IMG/VR virus record: IMGVR_UViG_3300020379_000405 | Location: 1-36,459 of that record | Reading direction: 5' to 3' (one strand) | Length of the DNA: 36,459 nucleotides | Origin: a virus | Lineage: Duplodnaviria; Caudoviricetes | Shown here: positions 25,426 through 34,306 of the stretch, in pieces | How positions within the stretch are numbered: the first letter of the stretch is position 1 | Layout: each line of letters opens with the position of its first letter | Translations under genes and position numbers: made by a program | Notes under the pieces: model-generated | What the model was told of the DNA's origin: nothing | Database searches by the model: none | The model's input: the letters and a program-made list of their open reading frames with translations, nothing else

Positions 25426-26220
25426 ATGCAATACGAAAAGGGTCCAGCACAAAGCGTGCTGGAAGATTATATACGTCGTCCTGATAATAAACCAACAGCG
25501 GACGGATCGTTCTTAAGGGTATCTAGTATCACGACGTGTGATCGGAAACAGATATTCGATGGGATGGGTGTACCTCGTATAGAGGCTGGCGAAAATGCGA
25601 TCAATGGTTTTGTTGCTAGAGAAGTTGGCAACACTATGCATGAGCATATCCAAGCAGCGTTTAAAGAAATGGTGCCGGGTTTTAAGTGCGAGGTGCCTGT
25701 AAGTATGCCTGAGTCGATGACTTCTGGTCATGCTGATGGTGTTTATAACGACACTGTTTTAGAAATAAAAACAATGCGTAATTATGGGTTTAGGAAAGCC
25801 CGTAATGAAGGACCTAAAGAAGAGCATTTGTTTCAAGCATGTGCTTATGCGTTAGGTCTAGGTCTTAGCGACATACATCTTATCTATATGTGTACTGATG
25901 CTACGCCTAGCCGTTGGAAAGATAGTGCTCGTGCTGGCGACATGGTTGAGTGGCATTACAACATCCATGATTCTATTGATGAAAGTGGCACTTCTATTTT
26001 GGTAGCTACTACTTACTTCTTAGAACAACACGCTCAAATGGCTAAAAACTATTTGACTACTGGTCTGATACCTGAAGGGTTGAGGTCGTGGTGGAATACA
26101 GAAGTCCCGTGGGAATGTAATTACTGTCCTCACTACGACATCTGTGAACAGTATGGAGACATAGATATTTTAGATGTTATCGATTTAGTAATAAAGGAGA
26201 CTGATGAGTCAGTTAAATAA
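25426..26220 (+). CDS. Cas4/AddB-like PD-(D/E)XK exonuclease with Fe-S cysteines
   Basis: N-terminal SS...C.RK, GNTMHE, GHADG, LEIKT, QACAY, C-terminal CNYCPHYDIC. Confidence 0.88.
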   Translation: MQYEKGPAQSVLEDYIRRPDNKPTADGSFLRVSSITTCDRKQIFDGMGVPRIEAGENAINGFVAREVGNTMHEHIQAAFKEMVPGFKCEVPVSMPESMTSGHADGVYNDTVLEIKTMRNYGFRKARNEGPKEEHLFQACAYALGLGLSDIHLIYMCTDATPSRWKDSARAGDMVEWHYNIHDSIDESGTSILVATTYFLEQHAQMAKNYLTTGLIPEGLRSWWNTEVPWECNYCPHYDICEQYGDIDILDVIDLVIKETDESVK

Positions 26221-26626
26221 ATTAGCAACACCGTTCTCGGACAGGTTCATTGAAACCAAACCCGGAAAATTTGCGGCATCGTATGTGCCGCACGGTATCG
26301 TGTCCCAATTCCTTCTAGGGATCTTAGGACCATATGATTTTGCTATTGATACTCTTGTTAGGGATGCTGATGGTACTCTTACTGGTTGCCTCTGCACTCT
26401 TACTGTTGAGATTGATGGACGAACTACCTCGATACAAGAGGTTGGTGAGTGCGAAAATCCGAACAACTGGAAGACAGACGGAGCAAGACTAAAAGCTTGT
26501 GCTTCGGATGGCATTAAAAGATGTGCAATGAGGTTGGGCTTAGGTCTACATCTCTGGCATAAACAAGATGGGAACTATGTTCTCGCAGACATTCTCGAAA
26601 AGAGAGAAGGAGAAAGCAATGAGTAA
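26204..26626 (+). CDS. Sak/Rad52-like single-strand annealing protein
   Basis: SYVPHGIV...LKACASDGIKRCAMRLGLGLHLW; lies between the exonuclease and SSB genes. Confidence 0.82.
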   Translation: MSQLNKLATPFSDRFIETKPGKFAASYVPHGIVSQFLLGILGPYDFAIDTLVRDADGTLTGCLCTLTVEIDGRTTSIQEVGECENPNNWKTDGARLKACASDGIKRCAMRLGLGLHLWHKQDGNYVLADILEKREGESNE

Positions 26627-27011
26627 TATATCCATAGCAGGTAACGTTGGTGCAGACTTGACGTTACGTTACGCACAATCAGGCAATGCGTTTGTCACTG
26701 TCCCTGTAGCTGTTACTACTGGCAGAGACGACAAGAAAGAAACACATTGGTTTGATGTGAAATGTTTCGGTGATCTTGCGGAGCGTATGGCTGAGGTTCC
26801 TAAAGGCAGTCGTGTCATGTTTATTGGCAGGATGAAACAAGATAACTGGGAAAGCAAAGAAGGTGAGAAGCGCAGCAAACTTTGTCTTTACGCAGACGAA
26901 GGTGGCCCTTCATATCGTTGGCATCCTAAAGGTGGTGCGAGTGATACAGTCACTAAAGCAGCAGTAGAAACTGTTCAAGCAGCATTCGATCCCGGTGAGG
27001 AACCTTTCTAA
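26619..27011 (+). CDS. ssb: Single-stranded DNA-binding protein with acidic tail
   Basis: Start at ATG 26619 (AAGGAG RBS). ISIAGNVGADLTLRY...THWFDVKCFG...; ends DPGEEPF. Confidence 0.9.
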   Translation: MSNISIAGNVGADLTLRYAQSGNAFVTVPVAVTTGRDDKKETHWFDVKCFGDLAERMAEVPKGSRVMFIGRMKQDNWESKEGEKRSKLCLYADEGGPSYRWHPKGGASDTVTKAAVETVQAAFDPGEEPF

Positions 27012-27286
27012 TGGAAGAAGAAAAAAGCGTTATCGTCCCAGTATTAAGCGACAACCTTACCATCATGTCTTTTCTAGTACCTAAAGACTTTGCTATGGAT
27101 GTCGAGTTACATGCGTCACGTTTAGTTGATGCGTTTGAACGTCATCCTGCTGGCAGTGACGGTATGGACCCTAACAATAAAATGATGCAGGCTCTCTCGT
27201 TTATGTTCCAGTCAGCTTTAGAAGCTTACATGGAAATGACAGAAGACGACTGGGAAAATCATCCCCCTGAGATTACTGAATTGTGA
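27011..27286 (+). CDS. Hypothetical protein (91 aa)
   Basis: TAATG-coupled; acidic. Confidence 0.7.
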   Translation: MEEEKSVIVPVLSDNLTIMSFLVPKDFAMDVELHASRLVDAFERHPAGSDGMDPNNKMMQALSFMFQSALEAYMEMTEDDWENHPPEITEL

Positions 27287-27672
27287 GTAAAGCTAAACAG
27301 AAGGGGACCGCTTGGGAAACTGAGTGTGTTAGATATCTTGAAAGCTATACAAAGCATGAGTTTATGAGACTCCCGCTTGTAGGCACAAAAGATGTCGGAG
27401 ATATTCGATGCCTCGACCTTCCTGAATTTGTATTTGAATGTAAAAACAGGAAGGATGCTCTGTCTTCTTTGTCCCAGATAATGAAGGAGACAGAGCAAGA
27501 GCGCATCAATGCAGACGCCAAGTTCGGTGCTGCATTAGTTAAACGTCGGAACTTTGGGACCGGCGGAGCCTACGTAGTCATGGAGATGCACACTTTTGCA
27601 CAGTTAATAAAGGAGAGAATAGATGGGCAAAGTAATAAAAATGACAACCAAACGAGCACCAGTTTTTACTGA
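27283..27672 (+). CDS. Holliday-junction resolvase (Hjc-like PD-(D/E)XK)
   Basis: SKAKQKGTAWE...YL, DVGDI, VFECKN, LVKRR; GTGA overlap. Confidence 0.82.
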   Translation: MSKAKQKGTAWETECVRYLESYTKHEFMRLPLVGTKDVGDIRCLDLPEFVFECKNRKDALSSLSQIMKETEQERINADAKFGAALVKRRNFGTGGAYVVMEMHTFAQLIKERIDGQSNKNDNQTSTSFY

Positions 27673-28018
27673 TATGACTGACATGCTCAACCAATGGTGG
27701 AAAGAACAAACTAAAAAACCGTTGGCTAAACCAATGAAGATCCGTCATGTCGTTGAAACTGCTCATGCGGCAGGGTGGTCACTCGATGAATGTTACGCAG
27801 CTTTAGGTATTACTTGGTCGTTTACTGAAGCAGCTTTTGAAACAGCTTTACGTCGAATAGTAGATGAGCAAGTGGAAAACCAACGCCCAGTCAGTAACAT
27901 AGCTGACGTTGCAGTGACTAAGGCTGCGCTAGAATCAGAAAAGAAAGAGTCTCTGTCTAAAGAAGAAAACATTCAGAGACTAAGAAAGTTAAAGGAACAA
28001 CTTAGATCTAAGGGCTAG
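27623..28018 (+). CDS. Hypothetical protein (131 aa)
   Basis: AAGGAG RBS; helical with a charged C-terminus. Confidence 0.7.
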   Translation: MGKVIKMTTKRAPVFTDMTDMLNQWWKEQTKKPLAKPMKIRHVVETAHAAGWSLDECYAALGITWSFTEAAFETALRRIVDEQVENQRPVSNIADVAVTKAALESEKKESLSKEENIQRLRKLKEQLRSKG

Positions 28019-28099
28019 CCGGATGATTACCGGTGATGGGATGTGGGGGTGTTTACTCTCCTTTCTACCTCACCATCCCGCCCTAATTCTCACACAGCG

Positions 28100-28108
28100 T
28101 GGTAAAAT
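28100..28108 (+). promoter_or_regulatory. Extended -10 TGGTAAAAT
   Basis: TGnTAAAAT 28 nt upstream of ATG 28137, preceded by a GGGATG.../...CATCCC stem (28038-28079). Same TGGTA.AAT form as at 23029. Confidence 0.55.
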
Positions 28109-28136
28109 AAAGGGACATCGTGATTGGAGAAAAGCG

Positions 28137-28307
28137 ATGAACGTTAAAGTCGAAAAAGTAGTTGCAAGAATCGGGGCAGGTCTTAGTGTTCCCGGTTATG
28201 CAGTGATCTGTGACAGTTATATGCGTGAGTGGTATCGAAGCAAAGAAGAAGCTCAACGTATGGCTGAAATTTTTAAAGACGAAGCGTCTAACCCTGAAGA
28301 TTATTGA
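28137..28307 (+). CDS. Hypothetical protein (56 aa)
   Basis: Start reassigned to ATG 28137 behind GGAG; the track start at 28023 runs through the hairpin and promoter. Confidence 0.6.
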   Translation: MNVKVEKVVARIGAGLSVPGYAVICDSYMREWYRSKEEAQRMAEIFKDEASNPEDY

Positions 28308-28468
28308 TGAAAGTCAACAACGGACATATTCGTTGGGAAAAAAAAGACTTCAAAAAGCATGGGACTATCGCTAAATATTTGATCGGTGAATGCCGATGCA
28401 AGAAATGTAAGGCACGTATCCTTGCGAAAGACGATAAGAACCTGTCGCCTTCTAAATTCTTTTATTAA
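28307..28468 (+). CDS. Small Zn-binding-type protein, 53 aa (HGT...Y..G.CRC..C)
   Basis: Translated by hand: MKVNNGHIRWEKKDFKKHGTIAKYLIGECRCKKCKARIL...FFY. TGATG-coupled; its stop overlaps the stop of the convergent gene. Confidence 0.7.
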   Translation: MKVNNGHIRWEKKDFKKHGTIAKYLIGECRCKKCKARILAKDDKNLSPSKFFY

Positions 28469-29220
28469 ACAACTTCAGGACGTATCGGTGTATCGGTTAG
28501 CCTCTCCCTGCAATAAGAGCGACAGCGTTGGCATTGATAGGACTGGTAAGTCATTGTCCGGGTACGCCTCTTACCTCTCTTTTGCAGCTTATTGTTGCCG
28601 CAAGTCGGACATGCATGTGAAGTTGCGTCGATCACGTTTCTATTGGGATGATTTGTAGCCCACGGACGTAGCCGTTCATAGACATCTACTAAAAGATCTA
28701 CGTCTTGTTTGGCGTATTTCTTCATGGTTGCCCATGCTTTAACGTCACCTTGCATACAGCCTGCCCATGTTTGGAACCCTCCTGTGGTTTCTTTTCCCCC
28801 GAGTCCAAGGTGTTCTCCAAGGTGCCCAAGTCTATTGCTATTAAATTTAAAGTAACGACGAGCTAGTTTTAAAGTATCGACAGTTTGGTAATGACTAGTC
28901 GGCCCGAAGTTGTGGTAGACGAATCGTGCGTTAGCTTTTTTAATATCGAATGCGTCTGAGTTGTGGCCTATAACTATGTCTGCTTCATCGAGGAGTTTCC
29001 ATAGTTTGTAAGCAACATCGAAATCATTCTCTGGGTCTTCTTCATACAGGTCAAAGTCGTTGAGGGAAACAACGTGTGTTTTTTTGTCGCCTTCCCATTT
29101 GTATGAAAAGCACAGCATGTACCACTCGTGTGCGTGGTCAATGACATCTTGCTGCCATTGCCCCCAAACGTAAGAAAGATTGGGTGCAGTTTCTATATCG
29201 AAGAAAAGTACTTTAGCCAT
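28465..29220 (-). CDS. DEDD/RNase H-like 3'-5' exonuclease (RNase_H_2 type) with C-terminal Zn ribbon
   Basis: FFDIET, GHNSDAFD, VDTL, YAKQDV; CPTCG...CQRC. Confidence 0.88.
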   Translation of the reverse strand: MAKVLFFDIETAPNLSYVWGQWQQDVIDHAHEWYMLCFSYKWEGDKKTHVVSLNDFDLYEEDPENDFDVAYKLWKLLDEADIVIGHNSDAFDIKKANARFVYHNFGPTSHYQTVDTLKLARRYFKFNSNRLGHLGEHLGLGGKETTGGFQTWAGCMQGDVKAWATMKKYAKQDVDLLVDVYERLRPWATNHPNRNVIDATSHACPTCGNNKLQKRGKRRTRTMTYQSYQCQRCRSYCRERLTDTPIRPEVV

Positions 29221-29228
29221 TTCCCCTC

Positions 29229-31127
29229 TTAACTAGGGACTGTCAGGAGCCTTACTAAAAGAGTACCTTCCCACCATGAACCGTCATCGGATAGTTGCTC
29301 TGGTTGCATAGCTAAACGTTCTATGGTCACATTTTCAGAGCGTGTACCTTCGATGTAAGTAACTGTTACACCTGATTCCATTCGTGTACGGAGACTGTTG
29401 AACACTGTTCCCGAGTCATATCTTGTTGGTGCACCGCTGTTTCTTGATGTCAAAACTTGTTCACGTAAAACAAGAGGAACAATAATTTCGTCTACTCGTT
29501 TAGGTGTAGCGACACATGTTGTTTGCCAGTCAGCAATGATTGGGCCAATGGTTGTGTCGTCAGTGTCTCGTGTCATTGTGATAACAAACTTGTAAGACAC
29601 AGAAGATTCTGCTGTAAATGTAAAGTTACTTGAAACACCCTGAGACAATGTGAGTGTGTCAGTAACGTTGTTATCATTTGTAGCCCCGAACTGTATGCCA
29701 CCTAAAAATGCTGCGACAGGGTTACCACGGTAACTGAATGTGTCGTGTCGGTAGTCAGCGCCGCTTTGTCGATAGTCAACTGGACCGAACGTGTATTGTG
29801 CCCGGTCTTGCCGGACTTGGACAGAACGCAACAGTTTCGGAACAACAGTTGACCACGAAACTTCACCAATGGTGAGTGTCCCAGTAGCAACTTTAACACC
29901 TGTTCCTGATTCTCCGTATACTCCGTCGCCTGTAGCAGCAAAGTATGTTTTGCCTGAAACTCTGGCTACAGAGTTAACGTTTCCTGTGCCGCCTGTTGAT
30001 ACTAAATCGCTAGCAAACGCAGGAACTAAAGTAGAAGTAAATTTAGTTAAATCAGCCCGATATAACTGTCCGCTCCCAGTGCCCCACCAAATAAATTTGT
30101 TATCAGCTTCTAAAGAAAATGCTTCTCCGCCCTCATCTATCACAGGGCCAATAGTTACTGCCCCAGATTGAGTGTCGATTAGAGCTGTACGAAACCCAGC
30201 GCTTGTAGCTATAACAAGTATCTCTCCGTATGCAAGGATCTCGTTTATTGATTCTCCATGCGGCATCTGACCACTGATAACTGGTGTCAGTAGTGTTCCG
30301 TCAGACGAATCAACGTCTATGTGATACACAGTGCCTGTATCGTCTGTGTTAGCGGCAGCATAAATACCTGAAGGGCCACCAGTAATTGACTGCCATTGTG
30401 TTTGAGCTAGCTGTGGTGTGTAGTCCAGTGAACCAGAAAACTTTTGGCCGTTAGCGTTTAATTCAAAGATGTTTGCGTCAGAAGCAGTAGCTCCTATCAA
30501 ACGACCTGCTGAAACTTCTATAATGTCGGCTTTCTGTGTGCCGCTTGTAGGCCACGTATCAACCGTTGTTGAGTTAATAGCGCATCTAGCTATCTTGTCG
30601 CTGTTACCGAACGCTACATAAACGTACGTGCCGTCTGAGTGGAAGTCAGTAATATCTCCTGACCGTGAAGGTGTTGACGTACTGAAATTGATTGAGTTGC
30701 TACCACTAATTGTAAACGAAGCGGTCGTAGCATCAGACACCCACGCAAGAACAGAACCATAAGCCATGTAAAGATAGGTGCCTATACGATGCACTTTCAG
30801 GTTTGTGCCTGTCTGGTTTAATTTCTCTTCGGTGATGGGGAGTAACGAGAGTTCGCCTTTCGTCCACGGGTTAACACCACTAGAAGACTTAAAACGCCTG
30901 CGATCACTGTCATCCAAATCAAAATGTTCTTGCCCCGCACCTAAACTCCAATCCGTTTGTGACCGAACCCATGCACCAGTCGTATCAAGCGTATTTTCGC
31001 CCGGTTCTTTACTATTATCTCGCTGCTCACGCAATGCAGGCACAGTTGTACGCGCATACTGAGTTGTGTCAACGAGATACGAGACACCATCTAATTCAAC
31101 TGGCAGCAATTCGGAATTAAAAGCCAT
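29229..31127 (-). CDS. Tail protein, probable nozzle/tube beta-propeller (632 aa)
   Basis: W.RSQTDWSLGAGQ and GVNPWTKGELSLL, followed by repeated beta-strand blades; follows an adaptor-sized gene. Confidence 0.65.
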   Translation of the reverse strand: MAFNSELLPVELDGVSYLVDTTQYARTTVPALREQRDNSKEPGENTLDTTGAWVRSQTDWSLGAGQEHFDLDDSDRRRFKSSSGVNPWTKGELSLLPITEEKLNQTGTNLKVHRIGTYLYMAYGSVLAWVSDATTASFTISGSNSINFSTSTPSRSGDITDFHSDGTYVYVAFGNSDKIARCAINSTTVDTWPTSGTQKADIIEVSAGRLIGATASDANIFELNANGQKFSGSLDYTPQLAQTQWQSITGGPSGIYAAANTDDTGTVYHIDVDSSDGTLLTPVISGQMPHGESINEILAYGEILVIATSAGFRTALIDTQSGAVTIGPVIDEGGEAFSLEADNKFIWWGTGSGQLYRADLTKFTSTLVPAFASDLVSTGGTGNVNSVARVSGKTYFAATGDGVYGESGTGVKVATGTLTIGEVSWSTVVPKLLRSVQVRQDRAQYTFGPVDYRQSGADYRHDTFSYRGNPVAAFLGGIQFGATNDNNVTDTLTLSQGVSSNFTFTAESSVSYKFVITMTRDTDDTTIGPIIADWQTTCVATPKRVDEIIVPLVLREQVLTSRNSGAPTRYDSGTVFNSLRTRMESGVTVTYIEGTRSENVTIERLAMQPEQLSDDGSWWEGTLLVRLLTVPS

Positions 31128-32035
31128 TAGTTTCCTATTGCGTTACGTTGCCAACTCGTTGGATACATCGCAGCTAAACGTGCTGCTTCAGAATTAACTC
31201 TTGCTTCTCTACGAACACGTAAATCTCTCAAAGACGCAGAAATAGCGCCCGGTGGAACTTCTTCTGCTCGACGATGCATACCTTGTGCATCTACAAACTC
31301 TCTACGAATAGGAGCAGTAGTCATTAAAAACAAAGCTGCACCCAAAGGCAACAAATCGTATGCTGTTGTTTGCAAACCAGTAGTTGACTTAGCGTCAGTC
31401 GTAGCAGTAATTAACGTAAGCGGCGACTTGTAGCTAACAGTTACTTTTTTACCGGGCCAAGCAGTGCCATGCAAAACAAGCGCTAAGCCGCTGCTAAACG
31501 CTGCTGTATCCCTATTTCTTTTAAGTGACCATGAGCGGATGTCAGGTTCACGAGCTTCAGCAGGTGTTGGGTCTGCGTAGGTTACCGAATAAATAGATTG
31601 AACGTTTTCGTTAGTTAAACCAGACAAATCGTAACCATCTTGGGTTGCGTTGTAGGTAAAACTTGTTGTGTTCATTTTAAACAACCCATTATCAGGGGTT
31701 GAAAGGTCACGTAGATCGTTATTTAATGCTTCCAATATGCGATGTGCAGGAAATTTAGGAGAAACCCGAACAACATCAGTAGCAGAATGAGTTTGAGGAG
31801 TAGAGCCACCGTAACCTCGCAAAACATAGATAGTTGTAGATGTAACTTGGGTTACATACATCAACTCGGTATTTATTTCAATAACAACACCTTTAACAAT
31901 CGACCCAGCAAGCCCTTGAACTACCAAAGAAGTACCAGTTGTTGTGGTTGGAGGTGTCGTCACTACATCTAGTTCTTCCACATAACCGGACAACAGCATG
32001 TCTCTTGTTTCGTCAATCCATCCTTGTGCAGTCAT
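31127..32035 (-). CDS. Tail adaptor/head-tail connector-like protein (302 aa)
   Basis: N-terminal helix, IEINTELMYV...RGYGGS..H insert, ALNN.L; position in the tail module. Confidence 0.55.
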   Translation of the reverse strand: MTAQGWIDETRDMLLSGYVEELDVVTTPPTTTTGTSLVVQGLAGSIVKGVVIEINTELMYVTQVTSTTIYVLRGYGGSTPQTHSATDVVRVSPKFPAHRILEALNNDLRDLSTPDNGLFKMNTTSFTYNATQDGYDLSGLTNENVQSIYSVTYADPTPAEAREPDIRSWSLKRNRDTAAFSSGLALVLHGTAWPGKKVTVSYKSPLTLITATTDAKSTTGLQTTAYDLLPLGAALFLMTTAPIRREFVDAQGMHRRAEEVPPGAISASLRDLRVRREARVNSEAARLAAMYPTSWQRNAIGN

Positions 32036-32445
32036 TAGGTGCTCCCAAGAACGTCATTTAGAGCACGTTCTTTACGATCTTTCTCTGTTTTTTGTCCTTG
32101 TAAAAGAGTCCCTGCTTTAATTTCGTATGGCGTTCGTGCTTCTGATTCAAGATTTGCAGAACCGTTAATCGTTGGAGGTTGCAATCCTTCAGATCTAAGC
32201 CTTTTGTAGGCTGCCATATCTTTTTCTTTTTCTTTTTCTTTAACTTTAGTTCCTGTCCAGTCAATGGTTTTCCCATCATGCAAACCTCTAGTAGGGGTAG
32301 CTGATGCAGAAATATGTACTTCACCAAAGTATTTGCGTACTACACCCTTACATGCATCACAAAAACCGTCATAAGTTTCATCGAACCCATGACGGATATC
32401 GTGTGACAATCCGCAATCAAGACAACGGTAAACGTACATTGGCAT
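32035..32445 (-). CDS. FmdB-family zinc-ribbon protein
   Basis: MPMYVYRCLDCG...CDACKG.VRKYF. Confidence 0.8.
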   Translation of the reverse strand: MPMYVYRCLDCGLSHDIRHGFDETYDGFCDACKGVVRKYFGEVHISASATPTRGLHDGKTIDWTGTKVKEKEKEKDMAAYKRLRSEGLQPPTINGSANLESEARTPYEIKAGTLLQGQKTEKDRKERALNDVLGST

Positions 32446-33296
32446 TAAACACCGGCTCCTACATCAATGGGGTATCCACTAGCTTTCAACAATGATATCT
32501 CAGTTGCTGTCAGATCTGTAGGTGGCAAGTGTCCACCATAAAGTGTGCGTGTGACAGTAGAAGCGTCTATAGGAAAAAAGTTTTGTACTGAACTGTTGTT
32601 AATAATAAAAAGATTTTCGGCTTTAAGTCTTGGCTTGTAATGCTGCATTAAAGCGTAAGCCGCAGGTGTAGGTTTATTTAATTCTAAAACAGGTGGCAAA
32701 GTGTTTTCGCTACCCGGATAAAAGGTGTACATCTGTTCAGCAGCTACAACAGAAGTAATAGCAATGTTGCTAGGTGTGACGTGAGCAGAAACGCTGACTG
32801 CTGGAACAGTTCCTGTTGCCGCAATAGTGGCAGGCAGCAGGTCTACTACCGCTGTACCACTGATTGTTGTGGTAGCCGCAATCGTTGAAACAGTTAGTAT
32901 TTGATCTGTTCGCAGAGTTGGAGTAGGTAACGCTGCTACAGCGCTAAGGTCTACTTCTTCAACGTCTACGTAGTTAGCGGTGACACCCGCACCTAAAGCT
33001 GTCGAAGTAACAATTCTTGGATCAACTGAAATATTTGCTTCGACGCTAGCAGCACCAGAAAAAGCGACAGTAGCAGTAACAGTATCGACTGTGGCTGCAA
33101 TTTCGACAATACCGTTTTGCGATTGACTATATTCGTAACCGTTTCTATACGCTAACCCCGGCTCACGGTACTGGACACTTACTTCGTCTAAAACCGTTGC
33201 GGTAGCAGCAATCGTCGCAGGAGTAACGACAAGAGGAGCGCTATAAGCAACTCCAGATGCCCTATATTGAACCCCTGTCTGACGATACTGCGTCAC
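32445..33296 (-). CDS. Ala/Thr/Val-rich structural protein (283 aa)
   Basis: GAGG RBS and GTG start; repeated PATIAAT and QYR motifs. Confidence 0.6.
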   Translation of the reverse strand: MTQYRQTGVQYRASGVAYSAPLVVTPATIAATATVLDEVSVQYREPGLAYRNGYEYSQSQNGIVEIAATVDTVTATVAFSGAASVEANISVDPRIVTSTALGAGVTANYVDVEEVDLSAVAALPTPTLRTDQILTVSTIAATTTISGTAVVDLLPATIAATGTVPAVSVSAHVTPSNIAITSVVAAEQMYTFYPGSENTLPPVLELNKPTPAAYALMQHYKPRLKAENLFIINNSSVQNFFPIDASTVTRTLYGGHLPPTDLTATEISLLKASGYPIDVGAGV

Positions 33297-33311
33297 CGTA
33301 TAACCTCATTT

Positions 33312-33515
33312 CTAACTAGTTACTGATGCCGTTTCAGGATCACCAACTTTACGAGCAGCAACACCTTTACCAATAGCTACAAGAGCAGCCACTCCTGCAA
33401 CTTTTAACGAGTCCATCCAGTCTGGACCGGGGACTGCCATAGCCGCTACCCATGCCTGAGCAAAAGTAGCGATAGCACGCTCTAAAGTATCTTTAATAAA
33501 ACGCTGGTTGAACAA
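33312..33515 (-). CDS. Holin, r1t-like
   Basis: F...FIKDTLERAIATFAQAWVA and two hydrophobic segments. Start TTG 33515 behind GGAG; overlaps the endolysin end. Confidence 0.8.
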   Translation of the reverse strand: MFNQRFIKDTLERAIATFAQAWVAAMAVPGPDWMDSLKVAGVAALVAIGKGVAARKVGDPETASVTS

Positions 33516-34305
33516 CTTCTTGTCTCCGTATCTGCATAGCTGCCCAAGTTTTAGGACCAACTATGCCATCTGCAACTAGCCCGTTGACTCGTTGCCATTG
33601 TTTTACTTTGGCGAGTGTACCACGCCCAAATATCCCGTCGGCTAAAGCTCCTACTACTCGTTGAATATGAACAACTGCTTGGCTGCGTGAACCTTTACGA
33701 AGTGTTCCGGGGAAAGGAACAAGCCCGTCCTCTGGTTCTTTAGGTAAAGTCATTACAGGAGTGTCTGTGACCATGCGCCGTTGAATCATTCCTCGAAGCT
33801 CACTCATTGAGAACGAGGGATCAACCTTGCGTGAAGTCCATTCTTTGTGACCTATCACAGCACAATTAGGGTTCCAGTTATGTCCGTCGCACAGAAAGGC
33901 GCACAACTCTACGAGTGCGTCCATCTGTGTGCCGGGTATATCTTCTCCTAATCCGTCATTAATAAGAGAAATTCCTATTAAACGAGCGTTAGCGCTAATC
34001 TTGCCGGGGCTAGTAGCGTCACCGGTAACAGGGTTGTTTTGTTGCATCCGTGTCAATACAGACTGTAAGCCTCGACCAGCATGGTTAGCTTTCACATTGT
34101 CAGCAGTCAACTTGACAATGGTGCCATCACGTTTAATGATGTAGTTGTATAAAGGTCCGGGCACTTTATTGACACCTCGAACACACATCGCTACCACGTT
34201 GTCGGGGTTGGCGTTGCGGTTTGAGGCTGTGTGGTGGACGACTATGCCAAATGGTTTTAGTGGCCGTCCAGTATTTACTTTGCCGGGGGCGTCAACAAGT
34301 TTCAT
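33493..34305 (-). CDS. Endolysin: N-acetylmuramoyl-L-alanine amidase plus PG_binding_1 domain
   Basis: IVVHHTA, ANHAG, IGHKEW..RKVDP; LRKGS...ADGIFG.GT...ADGIVGPKTW. Confidence 0.92.
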   Translation of the reverse strand: MKLVDAPGKVNTGRPLKPFGIVVHHTASNRNANPDNVVAMCVRGVNKVPGPLYNYIIKRDGTIVKLTADNVKANHAGRGLQSVLTRMQQNNPVTGDATSPGKISANARLIGISLINDGLGEDIPGTQMDALVELCAFLCDGHNWNPNCAVIGHKEWTSRKVDPSFSMSELRGMIQRRMVTDTPVMTLPKEPEDGLVPFPGTLRKGSRSQAVVHIQRVVGALADGIFGRGTLAKVKQWQRVNGLVADGIVGPKTWAAMQIRRQEVVQPAFY

Positions 34306-34306
34306 G

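Noticed and set aside
25426-26220. CRISPR-Cas locus (Cas4-like protein)
   Set aside because: No cas1/cas2 and no repeat-spacer array. The exonuclease-Sak-SSB context is a standard phage recombination module.
28386-28658. Track ORF of 90 aa
   Set aside because: It overlaps the exonuclease antisense. The alternative frame 28307-28468 is translationally coupled and has a recognisable motif.
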